DNA of 64,000 bases. Origin: Catajapyx aquilonaris. Its lineage: Eukaryota. Each line of letters starts with the position of its first letter. The first letter of the stretch is position 1. Shown here one piece after another: positions 44,001 through 58,000 of the stretch. The notes under the pieces were generated by a model, which searched no databases, was not told the origin of the DNA, and worked only from the letters and a program-made list of their open reading frames with translations. Location of the stretch: the NCBI GenBank assembly GCA_000934665.2, contig KZ538502.1:1-64000 (forward strand), read 5' to 3'. Both the position numbers and the translations under genes were made by a program.

Positions 44001-47000
44001 GATTTCCACTTCTTTCTCTTCAATATCTTCTACCATTTCTTTCTCCACTTCAATTTTTTTCTCCTCTACCTCAGGCATCTTCACATGACCTTCCTTCATT
44101 AACCAGGTCTCAGCCTCATCAAGATAATTTCCCAAATGGTCCTCTTCTATTTCCACAGGAACCACCTTTGCCTTGAGAATCAAGCCAACAACCACACCTC
44201 GCCAAGTGGTGAACAGTGGAGTAAGGCATCCCTCCACACAACAAGGGAGCCACAGGTCATCTACTTCTCCCTGCATTATATGTGTCATACAAAAAGGGTC
44301 TCTCTTCAAGACATGTTTGGTGACCCCCAACTCATGGTGCAACAAAATAATATTGCAGGAGTTACGGAAAAAAAGAGGAAACTGTACAGCTAAGGTAAGT
44401 AAGGTAAGGTAAGGTAAGGTAAGGTAAGTCTGATAACAAGTGGAGTCACAATAACGCATTCTAGGCAAGAACACTTTTCTTTCGACAAATAGTACAGATG
44501 TGAAACACACTCACCTCTTCCATTGCCACCAAAGTAATGCATATCTCCATTGTCCCAAATGCAGGAACACTTCCCTGAGATGGCTCCACTTCTACTCTTG
44601 TGTGGAACTTGCTCTTACCAATGGCTTGTGCCCATGCAAATTCACCAGATACGCCACTGTGGTTTACCAAAGTGGCCACAAATTGATGTCGTACATTCAA
44701 GTATATGGCATCTTCACCTGCACATGTTCGAGTTACACATTAAAAATATTTTGAGTGTCCCTTTCCCACCGACTATAATGAATCTCTTACACAAGTGCAA
44801 CACACTGGGTTGAAGTGTTAATACAGGTCTTGTGACGTGTCCCACAACAGGAATGATATGAGTAGTAGACGAGCCCACACACTGGACCTCCAGAGCCATT
44901 GACACAGGACCTAAGTTCTGCAATGATTTGTTTGTTACCTCTCTTCAATGATACTCCAGGTGAAAGATTATTATGTTGCCTTGAAAATTAGCCACATGCC
45001 TTCCATGCCAAGAGTAGTCATGTGTGTTGGTTGGTAAAAAACATTGATGGGCAGTATTGTTCCAACTCACAAGAATTTTCAGGACAACTCATACAAGCCT
45101 CACATGTCATGCACACATCATGCATGGTACAGTACCAGGATTGACTAGTATACCGATTGGGAATCCTTCATCTCAAATGCTTGGGGCCTGAATGGAATAC
45201 TTGCATCTATAAAATGGGACAGCTTTTGGACTTACTTTCGATATCCACTCTATTTCTGCTGCATCTAAAGATCTAGTAAAATTTAATGCTTGATAGGAAA
45301 GGCGTTCGGAGGGCTGATTAGCAATTCTAATTAAAAACTGGAGCCGTTGTTTTGCTATGTTCACAAATAAATGCCACCTTCCTGTGTCAAGTCTTGCTAA
45401 ATAACCCGCTGCCCTTTTTGGGAGGGAGCAAAACTCCTTAATAAATTGAGTTTGGATTTTTTCGATCTCTAAGAAATGAGCCAGCGACCATATTGGGGCC
45501 ACACATAGAACCGCTGGGAGAACTTGTGCACTGAAGATTTTTACTGCATGTGCAAAGTTAGGTATTTTAAGCTTAACGAGAGTATGCCATAACGCGTTTA
45601 TAATTATTCCAGTTGCTTTCAAGTACGTAGCTTCCATCATCTTCCTAGATGACGTTTCTGATGAAAAAATAACCTCTTTTGTGTGTTATTTTGCCAGTGA
45701 AACTTACTTAGCCTGTTGTGGGAGTCTTCGTTTGTTTTTCGAAAAACTACCTTGTTGGTCTTATTTATATTAATGTTTAATCCTTTCTAGTCCAGGTAGT
45801 CAGCCATTAAGTTCAGCAGTCTTTGTAAATAGAGTTGATGGTCAATTAGTCATACAAGGTCATCAGCAAACTGTAAACAATGGAACTCCTTTGTTCCGGG
45901 TCCAAAATTAACTCCTGGTACATCATTTTCCTCCCATATTGTTGCCAAATCTGCCAAAAACAAATTAAATAGAAGAGGAGATAAACGTTCCCCCTGAAGG
46001 ACTCCCTTAGTGATTTTAATATTAGGATATCCATTCTGTCCAATAATAATTGAACCATTCTCATAGATCTTTCGAATTAATGCAATAATTAGTCTTCCTC
46101 CCAATCCTAGTCTTCCTGGGGAATCGAATAGTTTCTGGTGGGATACATCATCGAAGGCTTGTAAGGTCGAGAAAGGCTGCAAAAAGTTTTCCTTTTGGTT
46201 TGGCTGTGTATTTTTGAATAATGATATTTAGTGTAAATAAGTGGTCGCTGGTGTTCCTATTAGGCTGAAAACCCATCTGAAATTCAGGTAGAATGTCCCA
46301 ATCTTCAGCTCACTTTCTTATTCTAGCTTCCATAATATATTGCTGTAAGCACTTTAGTAACATTATTCAGTAGTAATATTGGATGGTAGTTTGCCGCTTC
46401 TAATGGATCCCCTCCTTTAAAAATAGGTATCACATTTACTGTGACCAAATCAATCGATATTATCATGTCGTTTAGGAATTGATTGAAAATCGACAGTAGC
46501 ATTTCCTTTAAAGTTGAGGAAGAGACAGACCAAAGTTCATTTGGAAGCAAGTCAGGGTCTGTTGCTTTCCCTTTTTTTAAAAGTTTTTTCAAAGCTGTTT
46601 CTAGCTCTTGCATTTTAAAGTCAAGATCCAGCAGATGTGGCAGGTAGATAGAGTACAATTCTAATGGACCTGATACCTCAGATTTGTAATAATCCGTTAA
46701 GTATCGAAACCAGTTACCTTCAGGTAGTTTCGTTGTTCTTGGTTTAAGTTTGAATTTTTTAAGTGTCCCAAAAATCGTGTGAGTTATTAGACCCAATAAG
46801 TTTTTGAAGTGTATTTGAGAAGTAGGCCTACAGCTTTTTTTTTATGCTATCAGTTTTTTGGAGGCTCTATCCAAAAAGATTTTCTTACCAGACTCTTCGT
46901 TAGTTTTTTGCCATTTTTAAAATTCCAATCTGGTAGCTTTTTCGTACTTCTCAGGCTGGGCGTGTAAGGCTCTTTAGGTTGTAACAATAAATCCATAATC

Positions 47001-50000
47001 GTTAAGTAGGTCTGTTAGTGTCAGAATCACGAATTGGGCCGCCTCTATCATTGTTAAACCCTCCCATTTGCACTTATCTAACAGATGCAGGTTACTGAAT
47101 ATAAACCCTCAAGAGAGTTTTGTATCATTTAGCAACTTTGTGTAAGTACAAATACAGGTAATGATGCTGGTCACATGACATTCTCATGGATTTGTGATAT
47201 TTTCAATTTGTGATCCGTCATGTCAGCACTTTAAAAAAACCGTCAAATTTGGGAGGTTTTTGGTTTTTAGAATTGAAGATAAAGGATTCTCAACCTGTAC
47301 TAGCAAATGAAAATGCAGCTTTGTCTGAAGTGTATTCAAGTGTAATACCTTTGCATGCACTTGCAGGTAAACAAAGCATCGGTTGTGTGGTTCAAGAAAA
47401 CCAGTTGGCTTTTCAAGGATGAGCTCCACTGGCTTCGCTGGTGATTCTTCTTTCAATTTTATTCCCCAGGCATGTGATTCACGTCCAGAAGGTACAGTTG
47501 ACAACTGATCTGTACACTTTATGAAGCACCTGCAGTCCCATTCATCACAACCTATGTACTCAGCTGAACAGGTGTACATTTCATTCAGATCTCCATGTAT
47601 CAGCACAAATCGAGCCTTCACATCAGAGAGATTAAGAAGCTCTAATGCAAATTCTTGTTCGGCACCCATATGCATGTGACCAAGGTCCACCCTGCACACC
47701 AAGCATAATGAAGCATCATTACGTAATTGTCATGAGGCCCTTGACTTTTAGGTGATTTTAGATGGCCGGTGGCTTTTACAAATTGAAAATTTGAAGTTTT
47801 GATTCACTTCATATGGGGCTTCTGATCATTAATTCATCATTCAGGGGCCAATAAAGAAATATCTTCCTCTAACAAATCTCAACTTACTGCAAGATAATTG
47901 GTTTTCATACAAATTATTACAACTTATAATCAAGACACCGAGTGTGTTTTAAAAAACACACAAATGAACACTTAAAATTCTAGTGGTAAAAAAAAGGGGG
48001 CAAACCGATCAATCCCAAAGACGACCTGTGGTCCGGCGAGACGAGTCCTGATCTCGTAGTGCATCATAAGAGGCACGTTCGCAAAGTGTGGATCAGCTGT
48101 CTTCGGCACTTGTGGGGTGATGTTGCCCTGCAGGAAGTGCCTGACAGGCATCTCAACAGTGCCTCCCACTTCCACTTTGAACTGGACAACATCTGCAGGA
48201 GCAAGGACAACCTCCTTGGGAGTGATCTTGACCCAATAGGTAGAATTTTGGGTGAGAAGGCTGTAGACAGGGCGAGAAGGCCCTCCCATTGGAAAAACAC
48301 GAGTAAGTCCCACACGCTGGACATCTGTAGAGGGTTTTCTTAATAAAGAAGCTGTGGATGCTCGCAGCACACACTTCCGAGTGGGATCTGGTGGTTAAAA
48401 GTAGGCTGCAGTCATGAACTGTGCTTAATGAGAGGTCAGTCAAAGTTCATTCCTTCCATACCTCCTATACGTTTCTCACCTGGAATGAACGTGTCATCCT
48501 CAGTAAGTCCCATAAATGGCGAAGGATTCTGCTCATCCCAGACCACCTTGAATGGCCTTGGAGATGAGTTTATCAGCATGAAGGATCGCATTCTGGATTG
48601 CCCCACAGGTAGGTTCTTGTGCAGATGAATTCCAGGAGGAAAAAACTCTGCCTTCAGAGGGTTACACCTGGTCCATATCTCTATCTCAGAGTGCAGCACT
48701 ATTTTCTGCATCACCTCTACCATCACCCCAGGGTTAGGCCTCCAGTCATCCCGTGCCAGAAATGTCCAACTCATATTCGGAGTTGGCAAAAACATCGATG
48801 ATTTGTACTCCTCCAGGGTTGCTCTTGGCAGAATACCATGGTCATCATCAATTTCCTCTGGTCTAGATAGTTCTGGGATGCCAATCAAGCACAGGCTGCA
48901 GCAGAATGATCAATTGTTTTTCTAACAGTTCAATTTTATCATCATCATCGACACACAAAACGTGGCATGTGTCAAAATGTTATTCCAACAATATTGAAAG
49001 TTCATGTGGTTAGATTACATCTTTCTTTCTTTTTCAGATTATCTAGGCACTCGAGACAGTAACTGCACAGAGTATTAACTCACCTGATCACTCTGCACCA
49101 CAGCTGGTCATCTGCACATGCATCTGGCCCTCCTACCAGAGAGATCTCGCAGGTTACATTCCTCTTGGGGCGTATTATGCCACGGGCAGGTGTAATCATG
49201 AGTCTCCCCTGTCTGTCATCTCCAAAGTTAGAGTGCTCTTGCATATGCCGTGGAAGGCGCACAGTCCACTCATATTTCAATTCAACATTCCTGCAAGCAC
49301 AAGTGTTGGGCATTTTATGAACTCAGATTCCAAAGTAGTACAGATACGAGTGACCTAACGTCCCATAGTTCAGACTAGGTCTGAACCTTAGCAAAATGCT
49401 TGCCATACATTACTAAAATTACCCCCAAAATTATCGGATGCCTCCCTTTTGCGACTCAAAAATTGTAAAAATTTTCCTTAAGAATAGTGAGAAAATCTGC
49501 AGAAAAACAGCGATACTTGGTACTAAAAATGTTAATATCAGCTGACCCATGGTTTGTAAGGTTGATATTTTTCATGACAATCTCATTGGGTATTAAATCC
49601 TGATCCACATGAATAACATGTGAAATTGATGGGTCAGTGTCACATCCCTGTGGAGGAGGTGCCCAGGGGCCATCCACAGTCAGCATGTCGGGTGAGTAGA
49701 CAATACATTTTCCAGTGATGGTGATCTGGCGGGATATGCCGTTGTCACATAGCAGCATCAGTCCAATGGTGTGGACTGCCTCTTGAATAGGCATGAAGCG
49801 TATCTCCAGGTTCCAGGATGATTGAGACTTGCTCGGAATTTCAAAGTATGTTCCCTTCAGATGGAAACAGTTGAGAAGAAAATCCTGTGGACATCTGTCT
49901 GTCTTCCCCACTTGCTCCATCCACTATCACAGAATTTTAAAAAATAAAATTCATTATACTGAACAACTAATATTCCAACAGAAACCCAATCATCAAGCAA

Positions 50001-52670
50001 CTCAAGTTGGCACGATTTGTATATTAATCCTTGCCCTCAAAAACTCAACAGGCAGCCAAGGACAAAAAAAAAAAAAAAAAAAACACCATCAATTGCTACC
50101 AATTCTTCACCAAATTTGTGCCTGGTCTAGGTTAAAAGAGATTTTGAAAGGCTTTAGAGAAAACCTAACTCACGTTCCATCCGTGACAATACCAATCATG
50201 GTCTGAAATCAGCCAAAACTTTCCTGGCAGTCCACCAGTATTGCTCACTGTGCAGATTTTCTCTTTGCGGCCACCCAGGAAGCACGACCCTAAATGTATC
50301 TCTGATGGCACTGCAAATAAAAGAGCAAAACTATTGAAAATAAACTAACAAGTACTTAGTCGACAAAAATTGCTACCTGAAATGGGCTCATCAATTATTA
50401 TTATTTGAGCATACAGGCCAGCCTGAATGTCATGCAGACAAGCTTACAACAATCCATGTTACAAGGCTACCAAAAGTACACTGGAACTCTGGTGACATTT
50501 TTACTTCAACAGGAATGTATATTCGCAACAAATGAATGACACGACATACTCCATGCGAACATGATGGCCATGATAAAAAGTACTCAAAGAAACGTTTAGG
50601 CAAAGGTGTCTTCAGTGCTAAACAACCAATCAGGTGGATAATTATACTCATCAAGGAACATATTTTGTAAGTTTTCTAGGTTTGCAATCAATTTACTTAT
50701 ATGTAATTAGGTGTCTGCAACATAAATGGTCACTCACAATCCAATTTTGCCTGGTCTGCTATCCCCTTGATTGGGACGTTAATAGTAAATCCAGCTTCTG
50801 CATCGATGTGGAAGATGCTTTCAAAGACTCTGGTGGTAGGTGGAGAGAAGCGGACCCTTAGCCAGAAGGACATTCCAGGGGCCAGAATGCTGCTCCTGGT
50901 CTTGGGGCAATTTGCCCTGCCCCCTTGTGGATGCTTGATATCCTCTTCCCAGAACACGTGGAACACACCTGAGGTTATCTCACACAGATTTGGTGGAAGG
51001 AGAATCAGCCTGTCATGTGTTAGGCCCACATTCACTATCTGAACTCGCACCTGCACCACAAAATAACAATTGACAAGTTTAATATGTTTGAGTCGATAAA
51101 TTCCTCTTGGTCCTGCCAACTTTTAAATGTTTGGACCACACAATAAATTTTACCCCATATTTTACCATCATGGATTTGTGAATTGTACATGTTGATGTTA
51201 TTACATACCTCATAAACACTGCCTGCCTCATACTCTTTAAATATGACCTTCGGTGGTCGAGCTTCATATGCTACTGGAAGTTTGTCTCGAGGAACTTTCA
51301 GTGACTCAGATAACCAAGCCCCCTTTTTAATGATCTTCTTTTTATCTAGCTCCCAAAAGCGACGGTATTCTAATCTGGAAGGGGGAAATGTAAAAATTCT
51401 GTGCAACAGTTTTCCTGCTTAAAATTTATGTACTCAGTAATTTCTTGTATTTTTGGTACTCGTGGCTTAATTATTGGAGGCAATCTCACTACTGGTCTCT
51501 TCACCAGATTCTCCGTCAAGACTTTCACTACCAATAGAAACATACATCAGTCACTTTACACACAATTTACAAGGTAAGCATGACATACCACTTTTGATCT
51601 GCTTCGACAGGATAGGTATGTCAAACACATCCTTTGGATTTATAAGGTACACGGCAAAGTCGTCAGGTGGCTCATATTGCGTCAGTGGGCTCTTCATAGT
51701 CAGACGCTCCAAAGAACTATGCATAGTGCCATGCTTCTCCTCAGAGAGCAGATTAACCATTAGATTCGCTTTGGATTGCATCAATTTATCCTCTACATTT
51801 AGTAAGGTCTCCCCCTTCACTCCATAGTCATACTCCAGCTGAAAGAATCAAAAATATTCATTACCTTCCTTCTTTTCCCCCCCCATAGAAGCCCTTTTAC
51901 ATCCTACAAGCTTTATATTAGCTGTGTGTGGTACAGTACCATCACACACATTTCCTTATGAGTGAGGAGAGAAGCGACTTCAAAAAGACTATTTGAGGGG
52001 TGTGGTGGAAAAACATAACTGACATTTTTGACCTAAACACCTAGCAACTATGTATAAGACATGACAAACAGTTTGGTATACTCCAAGTTCACGTACCATG
52101 CCACACGGACTAGATCAAAATCAGCATTCCCCATGATTTGTTAAGAAAATGCAACCTTCAATTCGCTCTCCTGCAAAATTACACCTTTGTCAGTTCTCAT
52201 GTTTTTCCACCACACCCCTCATTTGACGACATTGCCTGATGCAAGACTTGGAAGTCCTAGCCAGATAAAATCCTGTGTGTTATCTTCAAATGGTGATCCA
52301 GTGGTTATGCTCAGGATAATACCATCTAAAAGCACATCATTTGCATAATAAGAAGATTCTGAAGCTGCTCACAGGCAATTTACTAGTAACACTTCACCTT
52401 TTCAGCTTCTGCAGCATAGGTAGTGAGGCCTTCAGAGGCGGCAGTCACTATCAAGCTCTTTGCCCTTCGCTCAGGAGCTTCTTGTGGTGGGTCCAGCAGA
52501 GGCCTGAAGGCTTTCAGGACGCATGCTGACATCTCCTGATCAAATACAGCCGGATGTAATGGCAGCAAGGGTATTCCCTCCCTTCTATCCATTTTTTTTC
52601 TTGCAGTTGTCTTGTAAGGGAGGTGATCACACCCAAGGGACTTGTGGGTTGTTGACACATCTCCATGCAT
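38036..52670 (-). CDS. DLEC1: DLEC1/CFAP81-like ciliary Ig-fold (ASH) repeat protein, ~20+ exons
   Basis: N-terminal LPLHPAVFDQEMSACVLKAFRPL, PPKVIFKEYEAGSVYE, LAPGMSFWLRVRFSP, SDMWGTYEDNMII..GCPL, IYNASPVPFVLNW and terminal GVGEFNE. The exon junctions checked are in frame. The stop is at 38036-38038 with overlapping AATAAA. The start codon is uncertain (52670 or 52592). Confidence 0.8.
43445..43655. mobile_element. TA-flanked MITE (Tc1/mariner-like) in DLEC1 intron
   Basis: ta|CACCCACGAGCATAAAGATGGAGACGGCAGGCCCT ... AGGGCCTGACGTCTCCATCTTTATGCTCGCGGGGG|ta, giving ~35-bp TIRs with 3 mismatches. Confidence 0.75.
44391..44428 (+). repeat. (TAAGG)n pentanucleotide repeat
   Basis: About 7 units: taaggtaagtaaggtaaggtaaggtaaggtaaggtaag. 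Confidence 0.9.
45173..46800 (-). pseudogene. Decayed non-LTR retrotransposon (LINE) ORF2 fragment in DLEC1 intron
   Basis: RT motifs KATDPDLLPNE, VIPIFKGGDP..AANYHPILLL, AFDDVSH, GVLQGERLSPLLFNLFLADL, FADDLV and EKIQTQF are spread over several frames with stops and frameshifts. Confidence 0.9.
51995..52220. mobile_element. Sola-like MITE
   Basis: Perfect 22-bp TIRs GAGGGGTGTGGTGGAAAAACAT and a 4-bp duplication ATTT at 51991-51994 and 52221-52224. GAG termini with a 4-bp AWWT target are Sola-type hallmarks. Confidence 0.75.
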
Positions 52671-53874
52671 CCTCAAGTAACAATATTAATGACGCCTGTT
52701 TGACTGAAGTCACAAGAAATGGTAATGAAATAAATAAGGATGCTCATATTGCACTGGCTCACTTCTCAGTGTGGACTGTTCCCTACTTGAAAGTCTATTT
52801 TACTTTAACTCAGACCTGGATGCACCATGAAAGTAGATGCTCCATTGTAATCTGCACTCATGTTATTGTTTGCAAATTGTTGTCCCAATAACATGTTAAA
52901 ACTTAACCTGAATTTCATTTCCAGCTGAGAAAAGTACGACCCGAGAAGTGTGCATGCAGGATGACTTCATTTCCAAGCCAATTTGCTTCAACAAGTCTTC
53001 CTATATTTCCATACTGTGACTATAAAAAGTAATACTTTTACTGTTATACAAATAAATACAACAACAAAAAATATGACAAAAGTACCCTCAAAAGGTTGGC
53101 TGAACTGTAGGTTTCGCCTCACTGACAAATTTTTATCTGGCACCAATATTTATTGCTTTGCTGCCCCTTTAGAAATTAACACAGTAGTGTAAAATAAGAA
53201 ATAATTTCAATCCAAATTGTGCCTTGTGAAGGGTTCATCTACTGAACAGATAAGTTTGCTTACAGTGAAAAATTTCACTCCGTTCTACCACACCTTCCAC
53301 ATACTCAATATAAAACCTGGCTAACAATATAAAAAGTGGGAAAATGAAAATAAATTTGACGGGAAGGAAAAGAGCCTGTCACTCCAGAGCATTCTATCAC
53401 TGGACCCTGTTTTTTGAGACTTCTCTACAGAAGGTAATGTCACTGTCATACAAAAACACTCACTGTACAATACATTACCATATGTGCAACAGTTTTGAAA
53501 ATATCCAACAATCTTTTTATCCAGCATCACTAAAGAATTCCTTCCCTCCACACTTCTACGCTTGAATCCATGAAAATACAGCTCTTGCAAAACCAAACAG
53601 CCATACATCTGGTTGCAAACTTCATTTCGTGAATCAGAAAGTTGACTGAGGACAACACCAGACTCCAAATAATATAATAACAAAGTTCCCTTCCTATGGA
53701 CTGATATGACCATCTCCAAATAATGACCATTTCTTCCCTGTTGCCCCAAATGTACACCACTAATAAACCCATGTGCACCTCCTCAGTCAACTTACCAACT
53801 CATGAAACTTAATCCCATTTCCCACAGTAAAATACCCTACCTCCCGGAAACCGATTCATAGAAACATGTACAAA

Positions 53875-53910
53875 TACACATACATACATACATACATACA
53901 CACACACACT
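53875..53910. repeat. (TACA)n(CA)n microsatellite in presumptive chiffon 3' UTR
   Basis: Read directly from the sequence. Confidence 0.85.
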
Positions 53911-55022
53911 CACTGGCACCTCCCTAACAGATGCTGATATGAACCAATGTACACTATGGAGTGGAGTTTGGGATCACGTGAAGTTAGGGAGGAAGCCAAG
54001 TCAACACGCCACTCGCACATATATCTCTCTCTTCAACAAGCTCACTAAATTTTGTGGAAATGAATGTGAAAGAGAATGATGGAGTGAGCGCAGTTCCAGG
54101 TTTATCTTGCCTTTTTTTTTTGCTCCGACTATAAAGTGCATGTGAAATCCATATCCACATCCAACAGGTTGCTTTTTTTTGCATACATGGACAAACCAAA
54201 CTGCAATTGCCTTGACTAGAACCTGGTCCAAGCCTCAACTAATGAACAAAAGTGAAAAAGGAAAAATGGTCCCAAACAGTTCCCATATTTTACAAGCATT
54301 AAAATGACGAGATCTCAGGTGTGTGGCCAATGTGAATCTCTGCTTCCCAAAGCTTCCCACTTTTTCCCTTATATCAACAAAGTGTTTCTGAATGATGAGG
54401 TAGGTTAGATTCAATATTACGTAAGCTTTTTGTAGGCACAGTTATGTTGCACTTGGAAAAGCAATTAAATCTTATGCAAAGGACCCCCATTAAAACTTCA
54501 CCGAATACATACGATACATCGCATATGGAAAAAAAAAGGTTGGGCAATTAGAGGACACTCAAATGTGTAGTACAAGTTGACAAAAAAGGTGACACATGAC
54601 TGAGAACACAGGGTAAGAATATAGCACTGAGCACTCAGTCCAACCGTGTATAGGATGGCAGTAGGGATGACAAATATACCTGAAAATAACTGCCTTTTGA
54701 GCATGGAAATCGATACAAACATGTCAGACCGAAGTGCACAGTCAACAAGGATGTCACTAAAATAAGGCAGTAATCAAGACCTGGGCAATATATATCCGCA
54801 TGAAAAAGCACAGACGGTAAACAAGAAGAAATCAATAGCAAAGTGGGCCTATTACCATCCCTACCATACAGAGAAGGAAAGAGGATACAACAGAAGGGAA
54901 CATTTCTGTTACTTCAGAACAACTTTGGTGGGCCAAATCAAAGCAGTTAAAAGAATCACTTTGGGTGGCAACAAAATAATGTTCATCACTGCAGGCTTAT
55001 TCTAGGAGGAGCCAACAGCCAA

Positions 55023-58000
55023 TCAGAGGGACTTGCGAGTCCGGGTGGGCAGATAATCCACCTTCACAAGTATCTGCGACTTTGCTTGTCTTGGAAACTC
55101 TCGTCTGTGGATGGTGGATATCTCGCTTGGCGGAGAGGAAGGTGATTCATTACTGGTCCGTTCCTCATGGTCGTCTTTTCCCTCTGACCTGCCCACACTT
55201 GCACTTTCAACTGGCTCTGCAATTGAGATGGGTGGCTTCTTCCTCTGCCTGGGCTTGTCTCTAGGCCACCCAGTCATGTTACGTTTCCTCTTCTTTGCAC
55301 GTCTGAAAGGAGTCACTGTTGAGTCGGCCTCTGACGTAGTGCTCGTCACATCAGATCCTGCTCCGTTGTCACAAGTACCACTAACTGCGCCCTCCACCTT
55401 TTCCAGACAAGCACATGAACTAAATTCGCTCACCATGCTCACTACGTCTGGCTCACAAAATGTCACTGGATTAGGTGTTGGTCTCTTGAACTTCCTAGGT
55501 CGACCTCTAGTGGGAGTGGTCTTGACACTAGGTCCCAATCCAACCTCTAATCCAGCTGCACGAATATCCTCCTCATTAGCAACACCACCCACACCTTTAA
55601 GGTATGCCTCAAGGTCACCATCAGCTGACTCGAGAGCTGCCAGCCTCTGCCTTGAAATGCCCATCAGCAGTGCCAAAGTGGAGGCATGGCAACGAGGTGA
55701 TTTGCGTGGCAATGATGAACTGGACTTTGACTTCCGTCGTCCTGGACCAACTTTAGGATAGATCAAGTCCTGGGGAAGCTCATATGGGAGGAGGAAGTGC
55801 GGCTTCTCCTCCTTTGCATCAGGAACTGAGTTTGCAACATCACCATTGTCTTGCCGCTGGTATGTCCTGAACCAGGGCTCTCCAACTGGGACACTCTCAA
55901 AACTAAACTTGAGTCGGGACATCCACTCTGGAAGATCTTGGTCTGGGTTGTCATTGGATTCCCGGCTCTCCTCATCTGTTAATGAAGCACGGCGATGGAT
56001 CCTATGGGTTGAACGAAGCTTGGACGACAGGATCTCAAACTTGTAGTACTCATGGTTGTCTGATATAAGTCGCACTTCACAACTGCGTCTCCTCTTTTGC
56101 TTTGCCTCCTCCGAGTCGTCATCATCAGCCTCTGCCTCTGACTGACCCCCCTTCTCTGAGGGACTTGCATCTTTGCCTTTTAATTCTTCATCACCCTCGA
56201 CAAGTTCTGATTCCGCTTCAAGTCCAGCCTCTTTCGCCCCAAATCCCATCTCTTCTTTAAGGCCCCCTCCTTTCCCTTCCCTACGCTTCTCTTTCTCTGA
56301 AAGCACTGCTTCTTTTTCACCAGGCTCCTCTTCACTGTCCTCCTCGTCACTGGAATCTTGCTCACCAAACAAGAACACTTCTGCCTCACTCAAGCACATC
56401 TGCGAAGCATTCCTCCTCACCTTAACCCGCCTCCTCTTCAAGCTATCACCATTCACATGCTGCCTGCTTGAACGCAACTTTGAGGGAAGCACTTCCACTT
56501 TGTAGTACTGCTCATTGTCTCTCAGAAATTTCTCGTCACCGGCCACCTTTCGACGCTTCTGCTGGCAATCACGCTTTAGGAACTCGATGGATGCGAGCCC
56601 ATTGCTCACTGCACTTAAGGCACTCTTGCTGGATGCCAGGTTGTTGTTGTTCGTCGATACCATTCCGCTGACTGTCCGTCTTCGTTGGCCATTGAATGTT
56701 CCTTCCACAAGCACTGGTCGTTTTTCCTTGGCAGGGTAACTGTTTGTCCATGTGGCCGAAGGGGCAATGCGTTGATCCCCATAGGTAGTTCCGTTGCGGA
56801 GTGTCAGTCCCTTCTTGATTTGAGGTTCTGAGTAAACTCTGGCACTTCGGAGGCAACGTCGTACTGGCTCCTCCTCACTATTTCTGGACGAGAAGAAAAT
56901 CTTTGTAACCAACTCAACGAGATGATTTATAAATCAGAATGAATTAGAACTTGTATGCTATTATTTATTAAGTAAAACTAATAGTGGCATTCTCTGTCAA
57001 TCATCATTACTAATACATCACAATTACCAAAATGTGAATATTAGTGTCAGGAAATCACACAAAAGCATGGCAAGGCATGTAACAGGAATTTATGTCCTAG
57101 GTGAATNNNNNNNNNNNNNNNNNCCCCCCCCCCCCCAATCCAAATTGGATATATTTTGAGTTAATCTCACATGCCTCTGCATGTACAGTATTTGTGCAGC
57201 TTATGCCCCAAACCCACTTGTCTTTCCCCTGAGTAAAGAGCAACAATTAATCATCAGCCAGAAATGGTTAAGATATTTTGAGAAGCAACTTCTCTGAAAT
57301 TGGGGACATGTTCTCCTAGTTTCACATACACTGCAGTACCCTTTTCACTGCTTATGTAATGACAGCAGTTTTAAAAGAGATTAAGACACTTAAAACAGCC
57401 CCCAACTTTTGTGTAAAAAGTAAGATCTACATTCGATAATTCTGGAAATGTGAACCAAAGCCAAATTCTAAGTCAAATAAATTTTTATGAAGTAGAACTT
57501 CACACTGTCAATAATTATGTGAAACAGGCCTACATGGCTGAACATCAATAAAGCACAATGGTAAACATTCAGAGCAGCTCATCAGTTTCATCATGCTGAG
57601 CATGCATTGTCCCAGTTAACTTCTACATTAGTATGGGTATTCAACCTTCCTCGCTTCAACAGAATTTACCCTGAAATAATCTTCCAAAGTTGTTCCTAAC
57701 ATCACCGACTCAAGGGAAGTGTGGAATATTGATAAGCATGACAACTATCTACGGCTGGTTTCATTAGTTACAACAATCACTTTACCAATCATTGACCAAT
57801 CCAACCATACGGAACTGATATAATGATTTGGTGTTTTTTCTGATCATGCGAGTCAGTTGCTATCACAGAAGGTACCCCCCACAACTTTAACTTTACAAGT
57901 CCCAAAAAAGAAATAACAAAAATGCATTGGAAACTGATATATTTTTGCCTGACTACCATTGGTGGCAGATAAGACCTTAACAATGATATTTTCCATGTAC

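Noticed and set aside
52256..52325. Possible extra DLEC1 exon after a cttttag acceptor
   Set aside because: There is a stop in the required phase, and the flanking exons join in frame without it.
55111..55761. 216-aa plus-strand ORF
   Set aside because: Antisense shadow of the long chiffon exon.
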